Shown: positions 1-10,753 of the stretch, piece by piece | Layout: each line of letters begins with the position of its first letter | How positions within the stretch are numbered: the first letter of the stretch is position 1 | Assembly (NCBI GenBank): GCA_965222375.1 | Contig: CBDCTZ010000016.1 | Coordinates: forward strand, 512,001-576,000 | Source: Polyangiaceae bacterium | Lineage (GTDB): Bacteria > Myxococcota_A > Polyangia > Polyangiales > Polyangiaceae | Length of the DNA stretch: 64,000 nucleotides | Reading direction: 5' to 3' | Made by a program: the position numbers and the translations under genes | The notes under the pieces: model-generated | Seen by the model: the letters and a program-made list of their open reading frames with translations, nothing else | Told to the model about the DNA's origin: nothing | Database searches by the model: none

Positions 1-2
1 AG

Positions 3-1310
3 AAGCACGAGGCCGAGCTACTGAAAGAAGGCGCGACGCTGATCAGTTTCATCTGGCCCGCGAAGGCCGAGGAACTGATCACCCGCCTCGAAGCGAGCAA
101 GGCGACGGTCATCGCGATCGATCAAGTGCCGCGCATCACTCGCGCGCAGAAGATGGATGCTCTGAGCTCCATGGCGAACATCGCCGGCTATCGGTCCGTG
201 ATCGAAGCCGCGAGCTTTTTTGGCCGCTTCTTCACCGGTCAAATGACCGCCGCCGGAAAGGTGCCGCCGGCGAAAGTGTTGGTCATTGGAGCCGGTGTGG
301 CTGGCCTGGCTGCCATCGGCGCTGCGCGCAGTTTGGGCGCGATCGTGCGTGCTTTTGATACGCGACCCGAGGTCAAGGACCAAGTCAAGAGCATGGGTGC
401 GGAGTTCCTCGAGCTGGACTTCGAGGAGGATGGCACTGGGGAAGGTGGCTACGCCAAAGTGATGAGCCCAGAGTTCATCAAGGCGGAGATGGAGCTCTTC
501 GCCAAGCAAGCCAGCGACGTCGACATCATCATCACGACGGCTCTCGTGCCTGGCCGCCCTGCGCCCAATCTGCTGCCTCGGGACGTGGCCGAAAAGATGA
601 AGCCAGGTTCGGTGATTGTTGACCTGGCGGCGGAGTCGGGAGGCAATTGCGAGCTCACCAAGCCCGGAGAAGTGATCACCGAAAAGGGCATCACCATCAT
701 CGGCTACATCGACTTGCCGAGTCGTTTGGCGCCCACGGCGAGCCAGCTATACGGCTCCAACCTGTATCATCTGCTTGCGGACATGGGCGGTGCCAAGAGT
801 TGGCATATCGATCTCGAGGACGAGGTCGTACGTGGCGCTCTCGTACTTCTTGACGGCGAATTGATGTGGCCGCCGCCCAAGAAAGACTCACCGCCTGTCC
901 CACAGCCCAAGCCACCCAGCGTGCTGCCGCCGTCGCTGGCTCCAAAAGCACCGGAGCCGAAGAAGAAGTCTGGCACCGGCAGCGCCGTGTTGTTGGTCTT
1001 GGCTGTCGTCTTTGCCGCTCTGGGTTTCGTGGCTCCTGCCGGATTCTTGTCGCACCTCACCGTTTTCGTGCTCGCGTGCTTCGTCGGGTGGCAGGTGGTT
1101 TGGAATGTGACACCCGCTTTGCACACGCCGCTGATGAGCGTCACCAACGCCATTAGCGGCATCATCATCGTGGGTGGGATGCTTCAGATCTCAGGGCCGA
1201 CGACGTCACCGGTGACGATTCTGGGTGCCATCGCCGTGTTGATTGCGACCATCAACATTGCAGGTGGCTTTCTCGTGACGCAGCGCATGCTGAAGATGTT
1301 CCAGAAGTAG
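3..1310 (+). CDS. pntA: NAD(P) transhydrogenase subunit alpha, 5'-truncated by window edge
   Basis: [21 protein letters not shown], Rossmann [18 protein letters not shown]-terminal TM helices with [18 protein letters not shown]; frame open to the window start. Confidence 0.97.
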   Translation, partial: KHEAELLKEGATLISFIWPAKAEELITRLEASKATVIAIDQVPRITRAQKMDALSSMANIAGYRSVIEAASFFGRFFTGQMTAAGKVPPAKVLVIGAGVAGLAAIGAARSLGAIVRAFDTRPEVKDQVKSMGAEFLELDFEEDGTGEGGYAKVMSPEFIKAEMELFAKQASDVDIIITTALVPGRPAPNLLPRDVAEKMKPGSVIVDLAAESGGNCELTKPGEVITEKGITIIGYIDLPSRLAPTASQLYGSNLYHLLADMGGAKSWHIDLEDEVVRGALVLLDGELMWPPPKKDSPPVPQPKPPSVLPPSLAPKAPEPKKKSGTGSAVLLVLAVVFAALGFVAPAGFLSHLTVFVLACFVGWQVVWNVTPALHTPLMSVTNAISGIIIVGGMLQISGPTTSPVTILGAIAVLIATINIAGGFLVTQRMLKMFQK

Positions 1311-1312
1311 CC

Positions 1313-2743
1313 ATGCCCAATAGCCTCGTCACAACCGCCTACCTAGCCGCGGGCGTTCTGTTCATCCTGAGCTTGGGTGGTCTTTCCCGACAAGAGACCG
1401 CGCGCCGAGGAAACACTCTCGGCATCATTGGCATGTTGATCGCTTTGGCGGCCACTGCAGCCGGCGGCCATGTGAGCGGCCAAGGTTATGGGATCTTGGC
1501 TGGCGCCATTGGTATTGGCGCCGTGGTCGGGGCTGTGCTTGCCATGCGCGTCGCCATGACGAGCATGCCCGAGTTGGTTGCGATTCTGCACAGCTTCGTC
1601 GGCGCTGCCGCAGTGCTCGTGGGCTTTGCGAGCTACTTGGACCCGAACAACCAGCTCTCGGGAACAGAAGCCATCATTCATGAGGTGGAGGTGTTCTTGG
1701 GCATCTTCATCGGTTCCATCACCTTCACCGGAAGCGTGATCGCCTTTGGCAAACTTCGCGGCAAGATCGGAAGCAAGCCGCTGATGCTTCCGGCGCGGCA
1801 TTGGATCAATCTTCTGATGCTGGCTGCTTGCCTGGTGTTTGGCTGGCAGTTTCTGACCGGATCTCACGCCGAAGGGGTGCAGCCTCTGATCCTGATGACA
1901 GTGGTCTCCGGCATCATCGGTATCCACCTGGTGATGGCTATTGGCGGCGCGGACATGCCCGTCGTGGTCAGCATGCTCAACAGCTACTCGGGTTGGGCTG
2001 CTAGCGCGGCGGGCTTCATGCTCGCGAACGACTTGCTGATCATTACTGGAGCTCTCGTCGGTTCCAGCGGCGCCATCCTTTCCTACATCATGTGTCGAGC
2101 CATGAACCGCTCGTTTATCAGCGTCATCCTTGGCGGTTTCGGTGCCGAGGAGGGCAAGGCGCCTGCCAAGCGGAGCGGCGAGCCCCAGGGCGAGGTGGTC
2201 AGCGTGGACGCCAAGGAGACGGCCGAGCTGCTGGCGGACGCGAAAAGCGTGGTGGTCGTGCCGGGCTACGGGATGGCCGTTGCCCAGGCGCAGTATCCCC
2301 TCTGGGAAGTCGCTCAGCTGCTCAACGAAAAGGGCACCAACGTGCGCTTCGCGATCCACCCGGTCGCGGGTCGCTTGCCGGGGCACATGAACGTGCTCTT
2401 GGCCGAAGCCAAGGTTCCCTACGATGTCGTGCTGGAGATGGACGAGATCAACGAAGACTTCCCGGATACGGACGTTGTGTTGGTGATCGGCGCGAACGAC
2501 ATCGTGAACCCCGGTGCTCAAGACGACCCCCAAAGCCCCATCTACGGCATGCCGGTGTTGGAAGTCTGGAAGAACAAGACCACCATCGTGATGAAGCGTG
2601 GCATGGCCAGTGGCTACGCCGGCGTGGAAAACCCACTCTTCTTCATGGACAACACCCGTATGTTGTTTGGGGATGCGAAAAAGACCGTGACAGAGATCTT
2701 GACGCATCTCCGCTCTGCCGCCGAGTCCGAAGAAGCCGCCTGA
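1313..2743 (+). CDS. pntB: NAD(P) transhydrogenase subunit beta
   Basis: [54 protein letters not shown]; 2 nt after pntA. Confidence 0.98.
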   Translation: MPNSLVTTAYLAAGVLFILSLGGLSRQETARRGNTLGIIGMLIALAATAAGGHVSGQGYGILAGAIGIGAVVGAVLAMRVAMTSMPELVAILHSFVGAAAVLVGFASYLDPNNQLSGTEAIIHEVEVFLGIFIGSITFTGSVIAFGKLRGKIGSKPLMLPARHWINLLMLAACLVFGWQFLTGSHAEGVQPLILMTVVSGIIGIHLVMAIGGADMPVVVSMLNSYSGWAASAAGFMLANDLLIITGALVGSSGAILSYIMCRAMNRSFISVILGGFGAEEGKAPAKRSGEPQGEVVSVDAKETAELLADAKSVVVVPGYGMAVAQAQYPLWEVAQLLNEKGTNVRFAIHPVAGRLPGHMNVLLAEAKVPYDVVLEMDEINEDFPDTDVVLVIGANDIVNPGAQDDPQSPIYGMPVLEVWKNKTTIVMKRGMASGYAGVENPLFFMDNTRMLFGDAKKTVTEILTHLRSAAESEEAA

Positions 2744-2753
2744 GCGCAGCGGA

Positions 2754-3410
2754 CTAGAGGCGGTACAGGTAGGGCGCTGCCGGAACCCGCGCCACCTGCC
2801 CGGTGAGCAGGCGCCCGACTAGTTCCGGTTGGGTCACGACCGCAAGGGGCACCACCCGTGCTGCCCTCGGGCGCACTTCGACCAGGTAGCGAGCGCCCTG
2901 CGCCTCTGCCACGAACAGCTCTGGGGCTGCACTGATCCGCTTTGCCACTTCTTCCATCGCTCCGCGAAGTGCAGCTTCGTCTCGGTATTGGATGGGCAGC
3001 TGGATCGCGTCCTGCTCGAAATCGACGTCTTCCGGGTAGACCGCCGCGCTGAGCAACGCTTCCAGCATGCCCACCGGATCTCGCGCGGGTCGGACGGTCG
3101 CCATTTCGTCCAAGGGAAGCTCTACCGGGGTGTCGAGGCGGTCCGTTGGTCGCTCCTCCACCCGGGAGCGGATGACCCGACGGTTGGCCGCCTGGAAGAG
3201 CTGATAGTGTCGAAAGCCGTCCTCGATGAGGGCGTTGCACTCGAGGTCTGGATGCTGGGTAACCAGTTGGCGCAGGGTGGCCTCGAAGGACTCCGCCGTA
3301 TGCAAACGTGAAGACAGCCGCTGGTTTGCGAACGCCACGATGCTGACCAGGGCCGCGTTCCGCTCGTCGTAGCGCCAATCGATGGTCGCACGCTGCACGT
3401 AGTACGGCAT
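2754..3410 (-). CDS. hypothetical protein
   Basis: 218-aa ORF with globular composition, convergent with pntB; no motif recognised. Confidence 0.7.
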   Translation of the reverse strand: MPYYVQRATIDWRYDERNAALVSIVAFANQRLSSRLHTAESFEATLRQLVTQHPDLECNALIEDGFRHYQLFQAANRRVIRSRVEERPTDRLDTPVELPLDEMATVRPARDPVGMLEALLSAAVYPEDVDFEQDAIQLPIQYRDEAALRGAMEEVAKRISAAPELFVAEAQGARYLVEVRPRAARVVPLAVVTQPELVGRLLTGQVARVPAAPYLYRL

Positions 3411-3723
3411 GCCCCCTCTACGTCACGACCCTGCTTGCACTTCCCCGAAAAGATCGAGTCTTGTCGGCGCGGATCCCGCGTTTTTTGTCGTGTTTCGGTC
3501 CGAAAGCAGTCTCAGCGTAGCTCGTGCCTTCGCCGTCTCCCACCGAGCACTGCCGAGCAGCGCGACGCGATACCGTGGTTTGCAGTCAGAGGAGAATCTC
3601 GAGGATCGGGTTTGCAGCCAACGGCTGCAGCCTACATCCGACACCTTCCGATTCAGACCGGTAAAAACCCCGCGGCTTTGTCGATGGAACGGAGCTTGCT
3701 GAGCCTTCGAGCGGGAGGCCCGA

Positions 3724-4077
3724 ATGCAAGCCATGAGCGCGGTAACCGATCTCCAACCAACCAAACCCACCTTCGACGTCGGAATTGGTCTGAAGAGCCA
3801 GGCGAACCTGTACCGCGGTTTCGACAGTGAAGCTCCCCTGGGCGTGTTCGTCCCAACCTGGAGCAACTACGCCGTTGGCACCCGAGTACAGGTCAGCGTC
3901 GATCTGCCCAACGCCCCGCGCATCGTCGCGGAAGCAGTCGTGCAGTGGGTTCGCGAGACTTCCCGGGAGAGCATGTGGCCCGGCCTGGGTTTGGCGTTCG
4001 TTGGCCTCAGTGACGACGAGCGTGCGGCGCTCGCCGACTTCTGCGAACTGCGCAGCCCGATGTTCTACGACGTGTGA
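3724..4077 (+). CDS. PilZ-like protein (myxobacterial TIGR02266-like), degenerate motifs
   Basis: SQANLYRGF..GVFVPT..VGTRV..V.LP..AVVQWVR..PGLGLAFVGLS..RSPMFYD pattern. Confidence 0.75.
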   Translation: MQAMSAVTDLQPTKPTFDVGIGLKSQANLYRGFDSEAPLGVFVPTWSNYAVGTRVQVSVDLPNAPRIVAEAVVQWVRETSRESMWPGLGLAFVGLSDDERAALADFCELRSPMFYDV

Positions 4078-4178
4078 CTTCGAAGGCCACGCTCGAGCCA
4101 CGCGTGCGGCCTGAGTAGCTCTCCGGTTTGGCTCGAAATCCGCTCAAGGGATTCTCGGCCGAACCGTTTTCAAGGCGT

Positions 4179-5288
4179 ATGACGTCAGCTGTGAGGAAGT
4201 CAACCGGTCCGCCGCAGTCGGAAATTGGGGACGATGACCATCTGCGGCCGGCGGTGCCACTTGGAGAGCAAGCCAGGCTCGCGGCGCTCCAGACTACGGG
4301 GCTGCTCGAAACTCCCGCCGAAGAGCGTTTCGATCGCATCACCCGGCTCGCTCGCCGTACCTTCGGCGTTCCGATTGCACTGGTGAGCTTGGTGGATCAA
4401 TCGCGCCAGTGGTTCAAGTCATGTCAAGGTTTGCCCGTCCGCGAGACATCGAGGGAGATCTCCTTCTGCGGCCATGCCGTAGCGGCGAACGAGACACTTG
4501 TGGTTGGTGACACGACCTGCGACGCACGCTTCAGGAACAATCCGTTGGTCGCCTCCGAACCACACATTCGCTTCTACGCGGGCGAGCCAATCCGCTGCTC
4601 AGAGGGACGTCCCCTCGGCACACTCTGCATCATCGATCGGGTCGCCAGAGACTTCGACGAAGACGATCTAGCGACCCTCCAGGATTTGGCTCGGATGGTC
4701 GAAGAGCAGCTTGTTGCGTACAACGCCCACAGTGAACGTGGCGCCCTGCTCGCGGAGCTGGATGATACTCGGCGCCGTGCCCTGCTCGACGACTTGACGC
4801 TGATCTGGAACCGACGGGGCATTGACAGCGAGCTCCAACGCGAGCTCGAGCGCGCGAAACGCGAACATTCTACCTTGGCTGTTGCCCTGCTGGACGTCGA
4901 CTTCTTCAAGAAGGTGAATGACCAACACGGTCATGCGACCGGTGATGCCGTCCTACGGGAAGTTGCACAACGAATGCGAGGCGGCCTTCGCCCCTACGAT
5001 GCACTGGGCCGATACGGCGGTGAGGAGTTCCTCGCAGTACTCCCCGGTGCGACCGCCAAGGAGGCCGCGGCGATTGGCGACCGGATCCGGCGTCGGGTTG
5101 GAAGTCGCTTTGTGCGCTTCGAGCACCGCGAATTGAAGGTGACCGTGAGCGTCGGCGTAGCAGCAACTATTGCGGGCGCCGAAGCCGCGGGCTCACTCAT
5201 TGCGCGGGCCGACGCCGCGCTTTATCGGTCGAAATCCGACGGTCGGGATCGCGTGACTATCGCCGAGGAGACCGTGCCGGAGCAATAG
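4179..5288 (+). CDS. GAF-sensor diguanylate cyclase
   Basis: GAF (EERFDRITRLA, RQWFKS, IRFYAG) plus GGDEF domain with DVDFFKKVND, RPYD I-site and RYGGEEF; ATG 4179 preferred over TTG 4128. Confidence 0.93.
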   Translation: MTSAVRKSTGPPQSEIGDDDHLRPAVPLGEQARLAALQTTGLLETPAEERFDRITRLARRTFGVPIALVSLVDQSRQWFKSCQGLPVRETSREISFCGHAVAANETLVVGDTTCDARFRNNPLVASEPHIRFYAGEPIRCSEGRPLGTLCIIDRVARDFDEDDLATLQDLARMVEEQLVAYNAHSERGALLAELDDTRRRALLDDLTLIWNRRGIDSELQRELERAKREHSTLAVALLDVDFFKKVNDQHGHATGDAVLREVAQRMRGGLRPYDALGRYGGEEFLAVLPGATAKEAAAIGDRIRRRVGSRFVRFEHRELKVTVSVGVAATIAGAEAAGSLIARADAALYRSKSDGRDRVTIAEETVPEQ

Positions 5289-5564
5289 CCGGCACTAACT
5301 GGGCTGTGGTAGCGGCGTAGTTCCGATATAGGTCTCACGGGAAGCAGCGCTGCCATGCCGCGGGGCGCAGCTCGTCCCGTACCAGGCCGGTGAGGCATTG
5401 GGAGTGCGTATTGGCGGGCAAGCCACTCCCAGCCCGTGGCTTTCTCTGGGTATCCAGGGCATTGGGGACCCGGCGCAGCCCAATGAGCGGCAATCTCCCG
5501 AAATTGGCTCGTGGGACCCTGGCGGTTTGAAAGCTGGTCGGGCTGCGCGTAAAGAGGGGCGGCT

Positions 5565-7235
5565 ATGGACTTCATCTACACGATGCAGGGGGTCACCAAG
5601 GTCCACCCCCCGGACAAGAAGGTATTGGAAGACATCACCCTGGCGTTCCTGCCGGGCGCCAAGATCGGCGTCATCGGCACGAACGGCAGCGGAAAGAGCT
5701 CGCTGCTCAAGATCATGGCGGGGGTGGATACGGATATCTACGGCGAGGCGCGGCCACATCCGGGAGTGAAGATTGGCTATTTCGCCCAGGAGCCGGAACT
5801 CGGTGATGCCAAGACGGTTCGGGAAGCTGTGGACCAAGCTGTCAGCGAAACTCGTCAACTGCTGACGGATTTCGAAGCGGTGAGCATGAAGCTCGGCGAG
5901 CCCATGGACGACGACGCCATGACCAAGCTCCTCGATCAGCAGGCCGCACTGCAAGACAAGATCGACGCGGCCGATGCCTGGACCCTCGACAACCGCGTCG
6001 AGGTTGCGATGGAAGCTCTGCGCCTGCCACCCGCAGATGCGGAGCTCTCGGTGTTGTCGGGCGGAGAGAAACGCCGAGTGGCGCTGTGCAAGATTCTTCT
6101 GGGGCGTCCAGACATGCTGCTCTTGGATGAGCCCACGAACCACTTGGATGCCGAGAGCGTGGCTTGGCTCGAGCGCTTCTTGCACGACTACCCGGGCACG
6201 GTCGTGGCGGTGACGCACGACCGCTATTTCTTGGACGACGTTGCCGAGTGGATTCTGGAGATGGATCGCGGACGAGGCTATCCTTTCAAGGGCAACTACA
6301 GCGGATGGTTGGAGCAGAAGGCCGCGCGGCTGGCCCAAGACGAAAAGCAGGAGAGCGCGCGGCAGCGCAAGCTGAAGCAGGAGCTTCAGTGGGTGCGAGC
6401 GTCACCGCGAGCGCGTCAGGCCAAGAGCAAGGCTCGCCTCAACGCCTACGAAGAGTTGCTCAATGCGTCCAACAAGGGAGTCGCAGATCCCGCGGAGATC
6501 AGTATTCCGCCCGGACCCCGCCTGGGTGACATGGTCATCGAGGCCGATCATTTGAGTAAAGGCTTCGGGGATCGTCTGCTGATTGATGACTTGACCTTCC
6601 GGCTACCTCGCAGCGGTATCGTTGGCGTGATCGGGCCAAACGGCGCCGGCAAGACGACTCTCTTCCGCATGTTGGTGGATCAGGAGAAGCCCGATGGCGG
6701 TGAGTTGAAGGTGGGTGAGACGGTCAAGATTGCCTACGTGGATCAAAGCCGCGAAAGCCTGGACGGTGACAAGAACGTCTGGGAGGAGATCAGCGACGGC
6801 AAGGAAAAGATCGAGCTGGGCAAGCGCGAGGTGAGTACTCGCGCTTACTGCGGCTGGTTCGGCTTCAAAGGCGCCGAGCAGCAGAAGAAAGTCGGCACTC
6901 TCTCCGGGGGAGAACGAAACCGCGTGCAGCTCGCCAAGCTGCTCAAAGAAGGTGGCAACCTGTTGCTGTTGGACGAGCCGACCAACGATCTAGATGTCGA
7001 TACACTGCGCGGCGTCGAGGAAGCTCTGTTGGACTTTCCCGGTTGCGCCGTGGTGGTCAGCCATGATCGCTGGTTTTTGGATCGAATCGCCACACATATC
7101 ATGGCCTTCGAAGGCGATAGCCATGTGGAGTGGTTTGAGGGCAACTACCAGGCTTACGAAGTGGATCGAAAGCGGAGGCTTGGCATCACCGACGACCAAC
7201 CACACCGCATCAAGTACAAGAAGTTGGAGCGCTAG
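5565..7235 (+). CDS. ettA: energy-dependent translational throttle, ABC-F ATPase EttA
   Basis: Two ABC domains ([32 protein letters not shown]), [25 protein letters not shown]-terminal PHRIKYKKL. Confidence 0.95.
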   Translation: MDFIYTMQGVTKVHPPDKKVLEDITLAFLPGAKIGVIGTNGSGKSSLLKIMAGVDTDIYGEARPHPGVKIGYFAQEPELGDAKTVREAVDQAVSETRQLLTDFEAVSMKLGEPMDDDAMTKLLDQQAALQDKIDAADAWTLDNRVEVAMEALRLPPADAELSVLSGGEKRRVALCKILLGRPDMLLLDEPTNHLDAESVAWLERFLHDYPGTVVAVTHDRYFLDDVAEWILEMDRGRGYPFKGNYSGWLEQKAARLAQDEKQESARQRKLKQELQWVRASPRARQAKSKARLNAYEELLNASNKGVADPAEISIPPGPRLGDMVIEADHLSKGFGDRLLIDDLTFRLPRSGIVGVIGPNGAGKTTLFRMLVDQEKPDGGELKVGETVKIAYVDQSRESLDGDKNVWEEISDGKEKIELGKREVSTRAYCGWFGFKGAEQQKKVGTLSGGERNRVQLAKLLKEGGNLLLLDEPTNDLDVDTLRGVEEALLDFPGCAVVVSHDRWFLDRIATHIMAFEGDSHVEWFEGNYQAYEVDRKRRLGITDDQPHRIKYKKLER

Positions 7236-7262
7236 AGCGCGCAGGCGCGCGAGGAGGCCAGG

Positions 7263-7691
7263 ATGCTAGCCGACGAAATCAAAAAGCAGATGTTTGCGGC
7301 CATGAAGGCCAAGCAGACTGTCGAAAAGGAGATCCTGCGGGTGGCGCTGGGCGAAATCACCATGGAAGAAGCTCGCGGCAAGAGCAGCGACGCGGTGACC
7401 GAAGGCATTCTCCGCAAATTGGTGAAGTCCAACCGCGAGACCTTGGCGAGTTCGGCGGACGAGGAACAGAAAGTCGTGTTGCAGCAAGAGATCGACATTC
7501 TCGAGTCGTTCTTGCCCAAGAGCCTCAGCGTAGACGAGATCGTGGCTGCGCTCGCACCGGTCGCTGACGCGATCAAAGAAGCCAAGGCCGATGGGCCCGC
7601 CACGGGCATCGCCATGAAGCACCTCAAGCAAAGCGGCGCGGTCGTGGAAGGCCGTGATGTGGGTGCGGCTGTGAAGCAGTTGCGGAGCTGA
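7263..7691 (+). CDS. GatB/YqeY domain protein
   Basis: IKKQMFAAMKAK..ILR, EIDILESFLPK.LS.DEI, G.AMK; 142 aa. Confidence 0.85.
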   Translation: MLADEIKKQMFAAMKAKQTVEKEILRVALGEITMEEARGKSSDAVTEGILRKLVKSNRETLASSADEEQKVVLQQEIDILESFLPKSLSVDEIVAALAPVADAIKEAKADGPATGIAMKHLKQSGAVVEGRDVGAAVKQLRS

Positions 7692-7773
7692 CTTCGTGCT
7701 CCTGCATCGGCCATGTGTTCGCTTGGGAAATCCGCTTTAATTTTAGGCACTTAACAGTTCTGGGGCATGGCGG

Positions 7774-7844
7774 ACTACTAGTGATCGACTAATGTTCTTC
7801 ATATTAGTAGATACCAACTACTAATATACTACCATCCTAGTAGT
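7774..7844. promoter_or_regulatory. AT-rich nested inverted repeats, putative operator upstream of fic
   Basis: ATATTAGTAG-N7-CTACTAATAT at 7801-7827, flanked by ACTACTAG (7774-7781) and CTAGTAGT (7837-7844). Confidence 0.6.
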
Positions 7845-7860
7845 TATCTAGGAGTAGCTG

Positions 7861-9195
7861 GTGAAGATCCCGCAGAAGCCTCCGTCGTTGCCAGAGTTGC
7901 TTTCCGCCACCGACCCGAAAAGACTAGCAGCGGTCCTCGAACTCAGCCGCAGCACCGAGGTATCGAAAAAGTACCTCCACTGGGACAAGCAAAGGCACCT
8001 CTCCCCGCCTGTGGGGTTCACGCCGAAAGAGTGGTGGCTGGCGGAGAAGCTGCGACGAAGCGGGTCGATGAAGGCGGTACCGCTCGTTGACAAGAACGGC
8101 GCGCACTTCCATTTCGCTGTACCCGACCACGTTCAGGCTGCGTTGCATCGGATCGACATTGGAGCGGGTGGATCGGTTGGCGCACCGGAACCCATCACCA
8201 ATCCGCAAACGCGAGATCGATACCTGATTCGTTCGCTCATGGAAGAGGCCATTACGTCCAGCCAGTTGGAGGGAGCTGTCACCACACGCGAAGTCGCGAA
8301 GGAGATGATCCGCACGGGTCGCTCTCCGCGCGACACAAGCGAACGAATGATCTTGAACAATTTCCTGACGATGCGTCATATCAGTGAACTCGACGATCAA
8401 CCACTGTCGAGGTCGATCGTGTTGGACGTTCACCGCCGCGTGACGGATCGAACGCTAGAGGATACAACGGCGGCGGGGCGCTTTCGGCGACCCGGCGAAA
8501 ATGTAGTCGTTTCAGACGAGTACGGCGAGGTCTTCCACCAACCACCGCCGGCGAGCGAGCTCGAAACCCGGCTCGACGCCATGTGCGATTTCGCAAACGC
8601 GAAGACCCCAGACTACTTCGTTCACCCGGTGATTCGCGCCATTATTCTCCACTTCTGGCTCGCGTACGATCACCCTTTCGTTGATGGAAATGGGCGAACT
8701 GCGCGGGCCCTCTTCTACTGGTCCATGCTCCGGGCTCGGTATTGGCTGTTCGAGTTCATCTCGATCTCACACATCCTGCGCAAGGCCCCCGTCGCCTACG
8801 CTCGATCATTCCTCTACACCGAGACAGACGACAACGACCTGACATACTTTGTCGTGGCACAAGCAAAAGTCATCAATAGTGCGATCGACGCCCTCCACGC
8901 CTACATCGATCGCAAGGCGACGGAATTGCGCGAGCTAGAGACTCAACTTCGGGCCCTCGAGCAATTCAATCATCGTCAGGTTGCGTTGATCCGACACGCT
9001 CTCAGGCACCCTCATCAAGTCTATACGATCGCCAGTCACCGTAGCAGTCACGGTGTGGCGTATCAGACCGCGCGAACGGATCTTTTGGATCTTGCGGAGA
9101 GAGGGGTTCTTCACCAAGCGAAGCAAGGCAAGAAGATGGTGTTTTCGGTTCCGGCGAACCTGGGCACGCGCCTGGGCCGCCGCCCAGTTCGGTGA
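7861..9195 (+). CDS. Fic family protein with N-terminal inhibitory motif and C-terminal HTH
   Basis: Canonical HPFVDGNGRTAR; SSQLEG fits (S/T)xxxE(G/N); C-terminal YQTARTDLLDL wHTH-like segment. Confidence 0.92.
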   Translation: MKIPQKPPSLPELLSATDPKRLAAVLELSRSTEVSKKYLHWDKQRHLSPPVGFTPKEWWLAEKLRRSGSMKAVPLVDKNGAHFHFAVPDHVQAALHRIDIGAGGSVGAPEPITNPQTRDRYLIRSLMEEAITSSQLEGAVTTREVAKEMIRTGRSPRDTSERMILNNFLTMRHISELDDQPLSRSIVLDVHRRVTDRTLEDTTAAGRFRRPGENVVVSDEYGEVFHQPPPASELETRLDAMCDFANAKTPDYFVHPVIRAIILHFWLAYDHPFVDGNGRTARALFYWSMLRARYWLFEFISISHILRKAPVAYARSFLYTETDDNDLTYFVVAQAKVINSAIDALHAYIDRKATELRELETQLRALEQFNHRQVALIRHALRHPHQVYTIASHRSSHGVAYQTARTDLLDLAERGVLHQAKQGKKMVFSVPANLGTRLGRRPVR

Positions 9196-9350
9196 GCGCC
9201 TCCGAGAGCTCCAAGAGCTTCGCGCTCTCGGGCTGCGAAGCGAATTCGGGCTATTGGGAGGCATCGGGCCCCCTCACCCGGACTTGGCGTTGTGACCCGG
9301 CCCTCAGGGGCTTCCGGCTTTCGAGCTTCTGCCCTAGGTTGATTTGCCTG

Positions 9351-9971
9351 ATGGCAAGCTCCCGACTCGGCCGAGACTTCGTCTTCTATGGGGACCTGAA
9401 TTGCCCGTTCTGCTTCGCCCAACACGAGCGGTTGCACAGTCTTGGCGCACACAAGGAAGTCCGCTGGCACGGCATCCAGCACATGCCGGACTTGCCGGTG
9501 CCCATCCGCCCAGACGACGAGGTCCGCAGGACCCTCGCTGGCGAAGTGGAAGAAGTTAGTCGGCGGCTGCCGGACCTGCCCATCACTGGCCCCCTCGATC
9601 GCCCGAACAGCGGGCCAGCGACGCGAGCTGTTGCAGAAGCTTCCCTGGTGGACGAACAGGCGGCCGCACGCCTTGCGACCGAACTCTACCGCGCCCTTTG
9701 GGTGCATGCCCGAGACATCTCTAACCCGAACGTCATTGTGGAAATCAGCAAGCGCCTCGATTGCTCCGTGGCCCACACGTCGGAAGGCGGGCGCTTGGTC
9801 CGGGCCTGGCAACAGGAGTGGGAACAGGCAGAGTTCGAGCGCCGCATTCCTGCAATCAAGTCCCCGCGAGGCGAGCGCCTGCTGGGCCTCTCCGATGAAC
9901 GCGTCGTCAAAGCGTTCCTCGCTAGCGGTTCCCTGAGCAGCGACTGGCCCGGCACCTGCGAAGGCAGCTAG
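9351..9971 (+). CDS. DsbA/FrnE-like thioredoxin-fold protein
   Basis: FYGDLNCPFCF CxxC, PNS, LYRALW..DIS, IPA; ATG 9351 preferred. Confidence 0.75.
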   Translation: MASSRLGRDFVFYGDLNCPFCFAQHERLHSLGAHKEVRWHGIQHMPDLPVPIRPDDEVRRTLAGEVEEVSRRLPDLPITGPLDRPNSGPATRAVAEASLVDEQAAARLATELYRALWVHARDISNPNVIVEISKRLDCSVAHTSEGGRLVRAWQQEWEQAEFERRIPAIKSPRGERLLGLSDERVVKAFLASGSLSSDWPGTCEGS

Positions 9972-9985
9972 GGCGCTGCGGGCAG

Positions 9986-10753
9986 CTAGCGCGGTGCGGA
10001 GAGAGCTTGCACGCTCACTGCAGGCGCACGGCGGCCGTACTTGACCCAACCAATGGGAGTGAGCACGGCACCCGCTGTGAATCCAGCCAATCCAAGCAGA
10101 AGCAGGCTGGTGCCGTCGTCGTTGTTCCGGCGGTTGCCGTCGTTGTCGAGGTCGTGCGCGATGCTTTGAGCCAGACCGGCCATCATCGCGACGGTGCCGA
10201 CGACAATCAGGCCAATGCCGCCAATGCCCATCGCTAGACCCGTAGAGCTTTCGCTCTTGGTCCGAGGCTCGACTTCCAGGCGGGTCGGGCCGTTGACCTC
10301 CACGCTTCGCTTGCCCTTGAGGGTCTCACCGGTTTCTTCCACGGTGATCCAGTACTCTCGGGGCGGCACGTAGACGGTGCAGTCGCCGCCGCATTGCACG
10401 ATGGGCGCGGACTTCTTGTCGTAGGCCAGAGAGATCGTCAGCGGGCTTGGCTCGCCATGAATCACCACCGGCACGTAACCCGGCGGTGGCCAGTAAGGGC
10501 GCGGTGCGTAGTGGGGTGGAAGGCCCTGCCGAGGGGGCTGTGCGCGGGGAGGTGTAGCCGGTGGCGGTGTGGGCGCCGGTGGCGCTGCGGTTGGTGGAGC
10601 AGGCGGAGTCGCAGGTGCGGCGTCAGTGGGCTGAGGTGCGGCTTCGGTCGTAGCCGTGGGGGCGGACTTTTCGGGAGCGGCCTGCGCGTAGACCACGCTG
10701 CTGGCGCATAGCGCTGTAAGCACGCCACATAACCCGAGGCTGCGGCCGGTCAT
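9986..10753 (-). CDS. exported Pro-rich membrane protein, hypothetical
   Basis: Signal peptide, Pro-rich linker, beta-domain, two C-terminal Gly-rich TM segments. Confidence 0.7.
   Translation of the reverse strand: MTGRSLGLCGVLTALCASSVVYAQAAPEKSAPTATTEAAPQPTDAAPATPPAPPTAAPPAPTPPPATPPRAQPPRQGLPPHYAPRPYWPPPGYVPVVIHGEPSPLTISLAYDKKSAPIVQCGGDCTVYVPPREYWITVEETGETLKGKRSVEVNGPTRLEVEPRTKSESSTGLAMGIGGIGLIVVGTVAMMAGLAQSIAHDLDNDGNRRNNDDGTSLLLLGLAGFTAGAVLTPIGWVKYGRRAPAVSVQALSAPR

Noticed and set aside
1343..2707. Long antisense ORFs over pntB, and similar ones over ettA and other genes
   Set aside because: Expected in high-GC coding DNA; no motifs.
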